Source of the DNA: Octopus sinensis
Taxonomy: Eukaryota
Direction of reading: 5' to 3'
NCBI RefSeq assembly: GCF_006345805.1
Contig: NC_043018.1
Span: forward strand, 21,762,001-21,826,000
Length of the DNA: 64,000 nucleotides
Part shown: in pieces, positions 24,317 through 38,999 of the stretch
Position numbering within the stretch: the stretch's first letter is position 1
Layout: every line of letters begins with the position of its first letter
Program-made: the position numbers and the translations under genes
The notes under the pieces: model-generated
Databases searched by the model: none
The model's input: the letters and a program-made list of their open reading frames with translations, nothing else
What the model was told of the DNA's origin: nothing

Positions 24317-24897
24317 TATATATACGACGGGCTTCTTTCAGTTTCCATCTACCAAATCTACTCATAAGGCTTTGGTCGGCCCGAGGCTATAGTAGAAGAC
24401 ACTTGCCCAAGGTGCCACACAGTGGGACTGAACCCAGAACCAAGTGGTTCGTAAGCAAGCTACTTACCACACAGCCACTCCTACGCCTAATACATTAAAA
24501 TGAAAAAAATTTACTGAAGTGATTTTAAATTCAGTGTTGAGCTGAGGAAAATGGAGGTGAGGTTGATGTGAGGGTGGAGATCATGTGGGTATTAGAGTGG
24601 ATGTGAAGTTGGGGCAGGGATGGAGATGATGTAAAGGTGAGGTTAGTGTCAGAGTAGATTTGAGGCTATGAAGTTAATATTGATGGAGGAGAGGTCAAAG
24701 TAAAGGCAGAGGTGAGGTTCTTAGTTACATACCGGGGTAGCACTTGTCATCAGTGTTGTTAGACTGATTATATTGACACACCACCCCACACTTCGAACCG
24801 TATTTACTTTAAGGAATGACTGAAGAAAGAAAGGTAATGTTGACCTTTCCTGAAATTATATACCACAATACAGACTATGAAGGTGAGTGAATATACA
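23640..24897. repeat. (TA)n-bounded tandem duplication of ~580 bp (23640-24219 and 24320-24897)
   Basis: The two copies are essentially identical by eye. Confidence 0.85.
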
Positions 24898-24902
24898 TAT
24901 AT

Positions 24903-24950
<48 letters not shown>

Positions 24951-24967
24951 TATATATATTATATATT

Positions 24968-25412
24968 GCAGTTCTGCCTGCAATGTTATATGGTAGTGAA
25001 ACATGGGCTACCACAAAGAGAGAAGAGCAAAGACTGGTAATGGCTCAAAGAGCCATGGAATGGTCAATGCTTGGTATCTCGTTGAGAGAGCACATAAGTA
25101 GCAAGATCATCAGAAAGAAGTCCGGCGTGAGAGATGTCATCGCAGAGTATACACGCAGCAAGTATAGATGGGTTGGACACGTCGCCCGGCTCACCGATAA
25201 TCGGTGGACGCACGCAGTTGTCGAGTGGTACCCGCATGAGCAGGAAAGAACCACCCGGAAGACCTCCACGACGGTGGAGTTACGATTTCAGGAGGACGAT
25301 TAGGATCACGTGGATGAGAAAGGCGCGATCCAGAGAGGAGTGGACAGCATGCTGTGACCAGCGGTGTCAAATGGACGCCTGACGGACTGGTCGTTCAAAG
25401 TGATTAAAGTGA
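24968..25412 (+). mobile_element. RTE-clade LINE 3' fragment
   Basis: VLPAMLYGSETW...QRAMEWSMLG...KYRWVGHVARLTDNRWTHAVVEWYP...GRPPRRW with one frameshift. Confidence 0.88.
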
Positions 25413-25697
25413 AGCGATATATATAAGAAATTAAAGAAGGAAAATGCGCACCACTTTATACAGTTTTAATATATTTTTTGATATATTTTATATTGTGTTT
25501 GTCGACTGGTTTTGCTTTCACTAATGATGACATTAAAATTATTTTAATTACTTATTTTCTTAAACAAAGAATTTTTTTGTCCATGTTGTGTGTGGAATTT
25601 ATGAAAGAATGATTCAACAAGTAGAAAAATCTAAGGGGAGGTAATTAATGATCATTATTATTTATGTATATATGTATATATATGTATGTATATATAT

Positions 25698-25732
<35 letters not shown>

Positions 25733-25890
25733 CATATACAGTAAAAGCAATTAAGATTCAAGTGAGTTCTATTGAATTCACTTGAATGCGGCACTTAACT
25801 TAGATGCACCAGAAAACTATCTGGTATTAACCATAAAATAATGTGGGGTGATTATAAACATATATATATATATGTATTTATATTATATAT

Positions 25891-26274
25891 ACTCTATATT
25901 ACTTGTTTCAGTCATTTGACTATGGCCATGCTGGAACACTGCCTTTAGTCGAGCAAATCGACCCCAGGAGTTATTCTTTGTAAGCCTGGTACTTATTCTA
26001 TCGGTCTCTTTTACTGAACCACTAAGTTACGGGGTCTTAAACACACCAGCATCGGTTGTCAAGCGATGTTGGAGGGACAAACACAGACACACACACACAC
26101 ATACATAATATATACACGACAGGCTTCTTTCAGTTTCTGTCTACCAAATTCACACACAAGGCTTTGGTCGGCCCGAGGCTATAGTAGAAAACATTTGCCC
26201 AAGGTGCCACGCAGTGGGACTGAACCCGGAACCATGTGGTTCGTAAGCAAGCTACTTACCACACAGTCACTCCT
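25891..26274 (-). mobile_element. Family A SINE
   Basis: Reverse complement of the family A consensus. Confidence 0.85.
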
Positions 26275-27938
26275 ATATATATGTATATATAAATAATCAT
26301 TACCATTTAATGTCCGTTTTCCATGCCCGTATAGGTTGGACAGTTTGACCAGGTTCCAATCTGATTTGGCATGGTTTCTACATTCGGATGTTCTTCCTAA
26401 TGCCAACCACCTCAAGAATATAGTGGGTGCTTTTTATGAGTCACTGGCACAGGTGCCAGTTATGTGGCAGTCATTAGCCATTACTAGAATTTCACTTGGC
26501 TTGACAGGACTTCTTAAGCATGGTATATTGCCAACGGTCTCAGTTGCTTGTCACTGCCTCTGTGAGGCTCAACATTCGAACGATGCCTTTTTATGCCACT
26601 GGCATCGGCCACAAGTACGAAAAAGACTGAGCGGAAGATGAAGAATGACATGGTGTAGTATGTTCCAGGATGGCACGACAGCAATGGGAGCTAAGAGCAA
26701 AGCGAACAATTGGGATGTCTGGAGAAAGCCCATAGCCCGAGGTACTGAAGGCACTGGAGTATTTTAGCACATCTACACATACCTACACACATCCACATAT
26801 CTCATAAATATAAGAAATAGAAGCTAACGACAAAAAAAGAAATCTGAAACTTCAACATGAATAATAATATATATAGCAATGCTATGCTTAACCAGATTTA
26901 TTTTTAATGTATTTCTAAAACTTTTTTTCTCATTATATTTTCTTTACTTCATTAAAAACTAAAATCAAAACGTAAAAAAAAAAAAAAAATTCCAAAACCA
27001 TAACTACACAATTCTTACACAACCAATCCCAGATTCTTTGGAATTTGAAAACAAAATTCTTTAATTATTGTCTATTTATTCCACAGAACTGCAACATACT
27101 GAAACAGCAATTCTATCCACATGGTACGTCATTGATGGATGGTTACAACTAATCTCAAGCAGATGAATATAATTAAACTCGCATGGTAATTATGTTAATT
27201 AAATTTAATTAAAAAAATGCAACATTACCTGAATAGATATATTTAGAATAAATTCTAGCCATACGCTAGATCATATAGTCTAAACAACAATACAGCAAAA
27301 ATTTGTACATAGACTAATAATGATAATAGTAGTAGTAGTAGTTTACGATATCATCATCTTTTAATAGCCATTCTCCATATTGGCATGGGTGGGATGGTTT
27401 GACAGGATCTGGCAAGCTGGAGGGTTGCACGAGGCATCAGTTGTTTGTTTTGGAATGGATTCTACAGCTGGATGCCCTTCCTAATGCCAATCACTTTATA
27501 GAATATATTGGGTGCTTTTACGTGGGGCTGGGAAGGGTGCTTCTTATGTGGTGCCAGCACCACTAATCAAATATCCAAATATTCTTGAGAAATATTTGTC
27601 AGACACACAAGAAGACAAATATGTGTGTGCGTGTGTGTGTGTGTGTGTGTACATCCAATTCTTAGAATGGGTACATGGGATCCATGCATGTTGTGAGAAT
27701 TAATAAAAGGGTTGGGTTGAAGAAAGGCATCTGGCCATGAAATGTTGCTTCTAAAATTCCTGTCCAACCCAACCTGGAAAAGCAGACATGTCCATTTCTC
27801 CATGTTTGCATGGTTCGGACAGAATTTGTTGAGGTGGATTTTCTATAGCTGGATGCCCTTTCTGCTGCCAACCCTCACTTGTTTCTAAGCAAGGTAACCC
27901 ATGGCCAGACATGCTTCTTACTTGTATGATGGTTTACC

Positions 27939-27974
<36 letters not shown>

Positions 27975-28342
27975 TGTATATGTAAAAAAATACAAACTGG
28001 GACATGAACGCAAAACATTTAGAAGACAATACAAAAAACATGGACGGGACATTTGAAGCCTTCAATCTTCAGTCAAGAACCAGATCATCCTCGCAATTTC
28101 GGCTGATTAATCTGATGTATATATACATATATATACATACATACACACATATAAATATGCACATACACAACAGGTTTCTTTCAGTTTTTGTTTTTCTAAA
28201 TCCACTCCCACCCACATTCTCTCTCTCACGCACACGCACACAAAATTGAAAATTATTCCTAAATTCTGAAATATATTTGAGAGAAATATCACGAATAGAA
28301 AATTTTGGAAAATATTTGGAAAAGTAATTAAAAGAGAAAAAA

Positions 28343-28375
<33 letters not shown>

Positions 28376-29999
28376 GACATCAGGATGTTGTAGTTAAGGA
28401 AAGAATACAAACATAAAAAAAGTGAAACTGATGGCAGAGATGTTTTATGTGTTTACTGTGCTGAAGAGAGAGCGTATGCACAATGGAAAGATTTGGTTTG
28501 GATGAAAAGCAAACTGTTCCAGAAGGGAAACTGTCAAGAGAAACTGCACAAGAACAAATTTATAAATCTATGTTCACAGTAAACAGATAAGCAGAATTGT
28601 TAGGTGCAAATGGATGATGTGTTTAGACTTAGGCCTCATCTTCAAGCTGCCCCCATTTCATAGATGTAAATATAGACACAGGCATGGCTGTGTGGTAAGA
28701 AGCTTGCTTCCGAACCACATGGTTTCAGGGTTCACTTCTACTGCTTGGCACCTTGTGCAAGCGTCTTTTGTTCGAAATCTGAAGAAAAAACCTTTCTGGT
28801 CCCAGACAATTTGCATAAAGGATTCTTGATTATCAATCAATTCTCCCTATTTCAATAAACACACAGAACTTTTGTAGCTAATTTACTGAGGCAACCAGCA
28901 TCGCCCAGGTCGTGAAATCTCAGCTCTTCTTTATGTAGGGCAAAAAAGAAACAACCTAAAGAGAGACATGCATATGGCCTAAAGTAATGAAATGACAGCA
29001 CACACATCTACAAACAAAATAAAGCCAGACAAATATATATATATGTATATATATATTATATATATATATATATGTAGGAGTGGCTGTGTGGTAAGTAGCT
29101 TGCTTACGAACCACATGGTTCCATGTTCAGTCCCACAGCGGGGCACCTTGGGCAAGTATCTTCTACTATAACCTCGGGTCGACCAAAGCCTTGTAAGTGG
29201 ATTTGGTAGACGGAAACTGAAAGAAGTCTCTCATATGTATGTATGTATGTATATATATCTATATATACATACATACACACATGCACACCTATAATGATGC
29301 CTAACTGGGAAGGTTAATCCACATCTTGAGGTATTTTTTTTACTCTGAACCAAATTTTCAATCACCTAAAGAAAATGGCTTTTTTTCATGATGTAATCGA
29401 ACTATCACTATATATATATATATATTATATATATATATATATAATATATATAATATATATATATATATATATACATATATATATGAAGCATCTGAAACAG
29501 CTGTACTGAACCTTTAACTCATTTCTGTTCTTACTTTATGCAAACACCATATCTGGAACCTTCCCTATATTGGATCTGGAACTTGCATTCGACCATCTAC
29601 CTGCATGCCAGTATGCATGGGTATAACTTTACATATACATGTGTATTTATATGCATGTGCATATTTTTGTGTACATGTACATGCATGTTTATGTACGGAT
29701 GTATTTGTATGTGATATATACACATATGTGCTGAACTCAACTCTTTCTTGGTGTCCCGAATGTTAAAATACCTTGATTCAATTGAATCTTACATAAGTAT
29801 ATATCTATCTATCTATCTATATATATATATACATAACACACATGCAGATATATAAGCACACACATTTTTTATCATTAGCATTTTTGAATGACCATCTCCC
29901 AAGATGGCATGGCATGGGTTGGATGGTTTGACAGTGAGTTGGAGGGCTGCATTGTGCACCAATGTCTGCTTTGGTATGGTCTCTACACATATGTACATG

Positions 30000-30067
<68 letters not shown>

Positions 30068-30132
30068 ATATATATTGCGTCCTGTTTTTCATTTACTATA
30101 TATATATATATTGCGTCCTGTTTTTCATTTAC

Positions 30133-30215
<83 letters not shown>

Positions 30216-30318
30216 CTATATGCCCAACTCATGCCAGTATAGGAGGCGGATGTTAAACAATGATGGTAATAATGATTAACTATATATATATATATATATA
30301 TGTGTATATATATATATA

Positions 30319-30351
<33 letters not shown>

Positions 30352-31194
30352 TAGTTAGTCTAAATGTACATACATGCAAATACACGCACATGAATATCTA
30401 CAGACAATTATATATATGAACTCTTTGATACTTGTGTTATTGTATGCAAGTTCATTTATATACATACATACATGTACACACACATCTATATGTATATAAC
30501 TACAGACAAGCACACACACACGAAGATTTAACTATCTATAGGGCATTGTGAGCCTATGCATGTACTGTGAACGTACGCTGAAGTCTTCACGTGCAGATGG
30601 CAGAATTTCAAGATTTACAAGAGGCTAAACATGGGGAGGTGCACATGTGCAAACAACAATGGCAGTAGCAGCAGCATGTAGCAATGCTGCTCAGGGGTTG
30701 CAAGATCATGGAATATTGATTCAACCACTGGAGCTCCACACACACACAATACATTTATGATTTATAAATGCAAACACCTACATACATAAACACACACACA
30801 TCATCCATCTTGTACTTGTTTCAGTCATTAGACTACGGCCATGCTGGGGCATCGCCTGAAGAATTTTTCAGTTGACTGACTCAACTCCTGTACTCATGCT
30901 TTCTTCTTAAAGCTGGTACTTATTCTACCAGTCTCTTTGGCCGAACTGCTAAGTTACGGGGACATAAACACACCAACACCAGTTGTAAAACAGTGGAGTG
31001 GTACAAACACAGACACACATATACGATAGGCTTCTTTCAGTTTCCGCCTACCTAATCCACTAAGAGGGCTTTGGTTGGCCTCAGGATATAGTAAGAGATA
31101 CTTGCTCAAGGTGCCACACAGTGGGACTGATCCCAGAATCATAGCAAATATTATTTTAATATTTGCTACAATTTGAGTAATCGTTAAAAAGGCA

Positions 31195-31494
31195 CCATTC
31201 AAGGGTGATCGTTACCAATGTCGCTTCACTGGCACCTGTGCCGGTGGCACATGTAAAAAGATTCGAGCGAGGTCATTGCCAGTACCGCCTGACTGGCCCC
31301 CGTGCCGGTGGCATGTAAAAAGCATGCACTACACTCTCGGAGTGGTTGGCGTTAGGAAGGGCATCCAGCTGTAGAAACTCTGCCAGATCAAGATTGGAGC
31401 CTGGTGCAGCCATCTGGTTCGCCAGCCCTCAGTCAAAATCGTCCAACCCATGCCAGCATGGAAAACGGACGTTAAATGATGATGATGATGATGT
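31195..31494 (+). mobile_element. Family C (GAT)n-tailed modular non-autonomous retroelement
   Basis: Modules containing gtgccggtggcac, core gagtggttggcgttaggaagggcatccagctgtagaaac, tail gacgttaaat(gat)n. Other copies at ~26295, 32905, 34112, 41865, 51170, 55428, 56948, 58590 and 61272. Confidence 0.8.
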
Positions 31495-32772
31495 AGTTGC
31501 TAAGCATGCCATGCAGTAGGAGAGAATCCAGGAACTTGTGATTAAAGGAAAGAACTTCTCAACCGTGAGGTCATGTATGGATGTGCACACAACAAAACAT
31601 CCAAGCAGTAATGTAAAATCCAAGGGATGAATCCATTTACTTCGGAGTTTTCATAGCATGTAGCCAGTTCTTCAGATAGGTGAACACGGGGTGGAAAAAT
31701 ATATGAAATCGTTTTTGGGGATTTGGGGGAATGGAGTCAGCAGAAGAGATGAAAGAGAAGTGTATGACAGTGGATACATACTGGCACTCCACCTGTTATA
31801 GTTATAATGATGAGGGTTCCAGCTGATCTGATGAACAGAACAGCTTGCCCATGGAATTAACAAGCAAGTGGCTGAGCACTACCATTAAAGCAGTTCTCAT
31901 GAATATTCAGTATGACACAGAATGTGACAAGGTTGGCCCTTTGAATTACAGATACACTTCTTTTTTCTTTTGCTTGCTTGAGTGGACTGGAGCAATGTGA
32001 AATAAGTTGCCTTGCTCAAGGGTACAGCGTGCTACCAGGAATTGAACTCATAACATTACAGTAGTGAGCCAGTTACTTTAACTCACTAAGTCATGTACTT
32101 TCATACAAATTTAGGTACACATATGCACAAAATTACACACCTACATATACTTACTCTACACAGAGGTATGAATGCATATAATCACAAATACCGGCCTATG
32201 AAGGAGAGAAAATGTGGCAGAACAGGGATCTTAGGCAAAAGCTCACATAAAACCGACATATCGGCCAACACATATACAGCTGTGCATTTAGAGACACTAT
32301 AGCATGATGACCTAGCTGAAGGTCACTGTGAAGACGATATTTGGCCAACCAATATATAGTTATGACATTTGCAGACCATTTACAATCTTTGAAAGAAAGA
32401 AAAATTGATTATAACTTTCAAATGGAAAAAGTGTTCAAGAAACCAAAGGTCTATGTAAACAGAGCTTAGAAGTACAGATTGTTTTAACAGAGAGTACGAC
32501 TTCTACAAGGCTTAAAAGCCTCTAATGTCTAACTCAACTACACCAATGAAATTTTTACAAGATGTCCTCACATGGAGAAATACATAATTTTCTGTTTTGA
32601 CACTTCCTGCATTTTGCGTTTTTGTCAGCTTCCTCATTTAAAACCTTTATCCCTTACCTCTCTTACAGCATTCTGGTAACCTTTATTCCTACAAACTTTG
32701 CTAATCCACTACCACCAAAGCCTTGTAAATAGATTTGGAAAATAGTGAAAGCTTATACACACACACACACAC

Positions 32773-32805
<33 letters not shown>

Positions 32806-33404
32806 TACCCTCTCTTAATATCCTACGTTCTACTTGCCTAGAACCTGTCATCATTTCTCTGAACCACCCCTCCCCACTGGTGCTCCCCTAAATTCGGCAC
32901 CCCCCCACATAAAAAGCACCATCCGAACGTGGCCGATGCCAGACCCTCTGGCACCTGTGCAGGTGGCACGTAAAAAGCACCCACTACACTCGCGGAGTGG
33001 TTGGCGTTAGGAAGGGCATCCAGCTGTAGAAACACTGCCAGACCAGACTGGAGCCTGGGGCAGTCCTAGCTCCCCAGACTCTGGTCGAAACCGTCCAACC
33101 CGTGCTAGCGCGGAAAACGGACGTTAATCGATGATGATGATGAGATGATGATATATATATATATATATATTTCTTTACTACCCACAAGGGGCTAAACATA
33201 GAGGGGACAAACAAGGACAGACAAAGGGATTAAGTCGATTACATTTACATCGACCCCAGTGTGTAACTGGTACTTAATTTATCGACCCCGGAAGGATGAA
33301 AGGCAAAGTCGACCTCGGCGGAATTTGAACCCAGAACACGTAACGGCAGACGAAATACGGCTAAGCATTTCGCCCGGCGTGCTAACGATTCTGCCAGCTC
33401 GCCG

Positions 33405-33439
<35 letters not shown>

Positions 33440-33930
33440 ACACACAATACATAGGTGTGTGTGTCTCTCTTCTCTCTTCATTTTGACATGTGCAGTAGTT
33501 TTAAAACAAGTGCCATTGTTATGTTCATACAAGTCTTTCATTTTTCAAACAGCCATGAACATCCAGGGATGGGAAATATTATCTTGCTTGGAAACAGACC
33601 GGAGTTGGCATAGTAAAAAGTGTTCAGTAGTAAAAAAAAAAAAGTGTACAGCAACAGATTCCATCTGATCCATGCAAGCAGAGAAAGGTGGATGTTAAAA
33701 CTATGATGGCATGCTTATAAGCATACACATACAAATATATATTATACACACACACACACACACATATATATATATGATATAGAAGATGGAAAGAAATTTG
33801 TAATATTGCCTGTGGGATTTGAACACCGCATCTGCTACAACTCTACAACCCTGGTCACCTAAATTTATACACACCGACGTACTAGTGATCTGTCAATGGG
33901 GAACTCAGTTCACAAAGAATTATATTATAT

Positions 33931-33964
<34 letters not shown>

Positions 33965-34600
33965 ATATATATAATATATATATATATATATTACCCTCTC
34001 TTATATCCTACGTTCTACTTGCCTAGAACCTGTCATCATTTCTCTGAACCACCCCTCCCCACTGGTGCTCCCCTAAATTCGCACCCCCCCCCCCCATCCC
34101 CCACATAAAAAGCCCCATCCGAACGTGGCCGATGCCAGACCCTCTGGCACCTGTGCAGGTGGCACGTAAAAAGCACCCACTACACTCGCGGATGTGGTGG
34201 CGTTAGGAAGGGCATCCAGCTGTAGAAACCTGCCAGACCAGACTGGAGCCTGGGGCAGTCCCTAGCTCTCCCCAGACTCCGGTCGAAACCGTCCAACCCG
34301 TGCTAGCGCGGAAAACGGACGTTAATCGATGATGATGATGGATGATATATATATATATATATATATGTTCTTTACTACCCACAAGGGGCTAAACATAGAG
34401 GGGACAAACAAGGACAGACAAAGGGATTAAGTCGATTACATTTACATCGACCCCAGTGTGTTAACTGGTACTTATTTTATCGACCCCGGAAGGATAAAGG
34501 CAAAGTCGACCTCGGCGGAATTTGAACCCAGAACACGTAACGGCAGACGAAATACGGCTAAGCATTTCGCCCGGCGTGCTAACGATTCTGCCAGCTCGCC

Positions 34601-34640
<40 letters not shown>

Positions 34641-35099
34641 ACACACAATACATAGGTGTGTGTGTCTCTCTCTCTCTTCATTTTGACATTGTGCAGTAGT
34701 TTTAAACAAGTGCCATTGTTATGTTCATACAAGTCTTTCATTTTTCAAACAACCATGAAAACATCCAGGGATGGAAAATATTATCTTGCTTGGAAACAGA
34801 CCGGAGTTGGCAATAGTAAAAAGTGTACAGCAACAGATTCCATCTGATCCATGCAAGCAGAGAAAGGTGGATGTTAAAACTATGATGGCATGCTTATAAG
34901 CATACACATACAAATATATATTATACACACACACACACACACACATATATATATGATATAGAAGATGGAAAGAAGTTGTAATATTGCCTGTGGGATTTGA
35001 ACACTGCATCTGCTACAACTCTACAACCCTTGGTCACCTAAATTTATACACACCGACGTACTAGTGATCTGTCAATGGGGGGAACTCAGTTCACAAAGA
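32806..35099. repeat. (TA)n-bounded tandem duplication of ~1.15 kb (32806-33920 and 33991-35099), possibly an assembly artefact
   Basis: Same order of unique DNA, family C, family B and a further tRNA-like SINE in both copies; differences are mostly 1-bp indels. Confidence 0.85.
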
Positions 35100-35168
<69 letters not shown>

Positions 35169-35387
35169 GTATTATGTATATATATATACATATATCTATG
35201 TATATATAACATATATATGTATGTATATATATATACATATATTATATATACATATTAACATATACACATATACATAATACATAGACACACATCACATATT
35301 CACCATACATACACTAAATGCAAGCTATATATATAAACACATATATATGCACACACAGTTATATATTTACTGCTATATATGTTTCTA

Positions 35388-35418
<31 letters not shown>

Positions 35419-35504
35419 CCAGTAAATATGAAAAATTCGTGGAAAACAAAGAGACAGAGACAAGAAAATATTTGAAAAACCCGAGTATTTATGTACATGC
35501 GTGC

Positions 35505-35535
<31 letters not shown>

Positions 35536-36165
35536 ATACATGCTCATTGTGCGTGATCGTATGTGTGTGCCTACTGGGAGATCATAGAAAGTAAGAATAA
35601 CCAGGAAAGTGAAAAATCAGGAAAGGAGAAAAAAGCTGAAATATAAAAAAAAAAAAAAAGTTGAAACAAATTTGTAAATGTGTATGCGTGTATACACACA
35701 CACATGCATACACATTACAGTGTCGCAAATATGTAAAAACACACACATGCATGCACATACATACATGTGTGCATGTGTATACATATATGCATACGCAAAC
35801 ACGAATACGTTGAAAAAGTTGGAGCTTGTTCCAGAAATAGAGGAAGGAGTCTATTATTGAGTGTGTGTGTGCGTGAGTGCGTGCGTGTGCGTGAGTGAGT
35901 GTGTGTGTGTGTGTGTGAGTGTATGTGTGTGTGTGTCTGTGCATGTGAGTATGTGTGTGTGCGAGTGTGTGTGTCTGTGCATGTGAGTATGTGTGTGTGT
36001 GTGTGTGTTGTCTGTGCGTATGAGTGTGTGTGTGTGTGTGTGAGAGTGTGTGTGTGTGTGTGAATGCATGGGAGGGTATGTGAGTGTAACATTATTCATC
36101 AGTCAGAATAAACTGTGATTGAAAGAGGAGTTCACTGAGAAGAATAAATATATATATATATATAT

Positions 36166-36203
<38 letters not shown>

Positions 36204-36300
36204 TACACCATACATCCACACACACACATATATATAACAGATACACACCACATATATGTGTAGTATGCATGCATGTTTGTATGTGTGTATGGATGAGTTC
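35100..36300. repeat. Compound (TA)n/(CA)n/(TG)n microsatellite field
   Basis: Seen directly; it is the source of the spurious His/Thr/Val/Cys ORFs. Confidence 0.9.
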
Positions 36301-36529
36301 CAGAGAGGAAGGGGAGGAGGTAGAAGGTCTGTAGATCATTAGTCAGTGACTGCTTGTATCTGTGATACAGTGTGTTTATATGAATGCATATGTGATACGC
36401 AACGTCTACATGTATATTACGCGTGATATAACGTGTTTATGCCTGTGTGTGATATAGTACGTTCTATGTATGTATATGTTTGTTATGTAGTTTATACATG
36501 TGTGTGTGTGTGTTTGTAACAGTCTGTTT

Positions 36530-37125
36530 ATATCTATGTGTGACACAGTGCATTTATAAATGTGTATAAATATGGTGTGTTTATATCTATGTGTGACATA
36601 GTGCATTTATAAATGTGTGTATAAATACGGTGTGTTTATATCTGTGTGACATAGTGCATTTATAAATGTGTGTATAAATATGGTGTGTTTATATCTATGT
36701 GTGACATAGTGCATTTATAAATGTGTGTATAAATATGGTGTGTTTATATCTGTGTGACATAGTGCATTTATAAATGTGTATAAATATGGTGTGTTTATAT
36801 CTATGTGTGACATAGTGCATTTATAAATGTGTGTATAAATACGGTGTGTTTATATCTATGTGTGACATAGTGCATTTATAAATGTGTGTATAAATATGGT
36901 GTGTTTATATCTGTGTGACATAGTGCATTTATAAATGTGTATAAATATGGTGTGTTTATATCTATGTGTGACATAGTGCATTTATAAATGTGTGTATAAA
37001 TACGGTGTGTTTATATCTGTGTGACATAGTGCATTTATAAATGTGTGTATAAATACGGTGTGTTTATATCTGTGTGACATAGTGCATTTATAAATGTGTG
37101 TATAAATATGGTGTGTTTATATATG
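36530..37125. repeat. ~53-55-bp minisatellite, about 11 copies
   Basis: Unit gtgtgacatagtgcatttataaatgtg(tg)tataaata(c/t)ggtgtgtttatatct(at). Confidence 0.9.
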
Positions 37126-37539
37126 TATGTATAAGTGAAATTCTGCCTATTTAGATGTATACTTGATAACTATATATGCATGAAACAGATCGCTTATATG
37201 AATGTATAATTGAAACAAGTGTTTATATGTATGTATGTGATACAGTATGTTTATACGCATGCGATACAGTGTGTGTGTGTGTCTATATACATCTGTCTCT
37301 CTCTTTATAATGTATGTGTGTTTGTGTGGGACTATGTGCCAGTGTGTGTGTGACTGCTTGTTTTGCACATCACTGTGTGTGTGGTCACACATGTGCCTGC
37401 CCGCCTGTCTGTGTAAAACAATGGGTCTATAGCTGTATGCGTGTGTGTGTGTTGTGTGTAACTATGTAACAACTGATGTACTATGTCAGTGTGTTTGCCC
37501 TGTATACCTGTGTGTGTGTTTGTTCACAATGTGTGTGCA

Positions 37540-37593
37540 TCAACACACACACAGGTGGCATGTAGATAAGTATAAACTCACACATGCAAATAC

Positions 37594-37636
<43 letters not shown>

Positions 37637-38260
37637 TCTATAGATCATCCACACACACACGCTATATATACATACACACACACACATTACATCACACACA
37701 CACCACACACATATATACATACACACACACACATATACATACCCACCCAACACACACACATATATAGACATACACACACACACACATATATATCATACAC
37801 ACAACACACACACATATATATCATACACACACACAACACATATATACAACACACCACACACACATATATATACATACACACACACACACATATTATACAA
37901 TACACACACACCACACACACATATATAACATACACACACACACACACCCTATACATACACACCACACACATTATACACATACACACACACATATACATAC
38001 ACACACCACACACACATACACACACACACACCGACACCACACACACACATATACATCACACACACCACATACAACACACACACACATACACCACACCCAC
38101 ACATATATACACATAACCCCACACATACCACACATATATATAACTTTATTATACAATACAATTTAACTAGAATAATTTTGATCACCACCATCATCATCGC
38201 ATATATATGTATATCTATCTATCTATCGTATATCTATCTATCTCTATATATATCTATCTA

Positions 38261-38296
<36 letters not shown>

Positions 38297-38340
38297 ATTT
38301 TAATTTCAATTCTTTGGTCAGCTAATGATAAAAGTGCACT

Positions 38341-38373
<33 letters not shown>

Positions 38374-38460
38374 AAATGTGCATGCACATACACGCAAATG
38401 CACTCACACACACACACACACACACGCACACACGCACATACAGTGTGCACTTGTACAGTG
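37540..38460. repeat. Degenerate (CA)n/(TA)n microsatellite field
   Basis: Seen directly. Confidence 0.9.
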
Positions 38461-38999
38461 CGGACAGACTGGCAGACTGACATAGAGAAAAACTTGGCAG
38501 AGCCAAATTCTTCTGGCTCCTTCTCACCACTACCACCACTAATTTTTCCAGGTCTTCCCCACCACCAACATCTTCTTAAAGGTTCTTTTTCCTCATCATT
38601 ACTACCACCACTGCTGCCATCATCAGCAGCAGCACCACCACCACCACCACCACCGCCACCAGCTTTGGTCTTCTTCTTCTTCTTCTTCTTCCCTCCACCA
38701 CAGTTGTCTTAGGACTTCACTGGCATCCACCACTACCACTCGCACTCTTCTCTACTCTACTCTACTCTTATAAAGCAGCAATCACTTCAATGAAGCTAAA
38801 ACTGCTCAGTTCAGAATGGCTAAGTCTGTTGAAAGAGAGAGAGAGATGGAGGGGGGGGGGTTGAGAAAGCGAAGGGTGTTATTGCTGAGAGAGAGAGAGA
38901 GGGGGAGAGAGGGAAAGAGAGAGAGTAATCTGACTGGTCTGAAACCACTGGAGTAAGAGGAGGAGGGAGTAATACAGATAATAATGATGGAAGTCTTGC

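Noticed and set aside
27087-27123. Plus-strand 37-nt segment with good splice sites (also a minus-strand donor at ~16047)
   Set aside because: Such matches are expected by chance in 64 kb of AT-rich DNA, and there is no recognisable peptide or partner exon.
28404-28585. Plus-strand frame ETDGRDVLCVYCAEERAYAQWKD, faintly BIR-like
   Set aside because: No His/Cys at BIR spacing, opposite strand to the IAP exon, and no convincing splice sites.
36530-37125. Regular arrays resembling CRISPR (also 45905, 42808, 53934 and 61272)
   Set aside because: The units are contiguous with no unique spacers, the context is eukaryotic and there are no cas genes.
35350-38720. Long ORFs rich in His/Thr, Val/Cys or Tyr/Ile (also 39000-41050 and 43700-45300)
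   Set aside because: These are translations of (CA)n, (TG)n, (TA)n and (GGT)n tracts.
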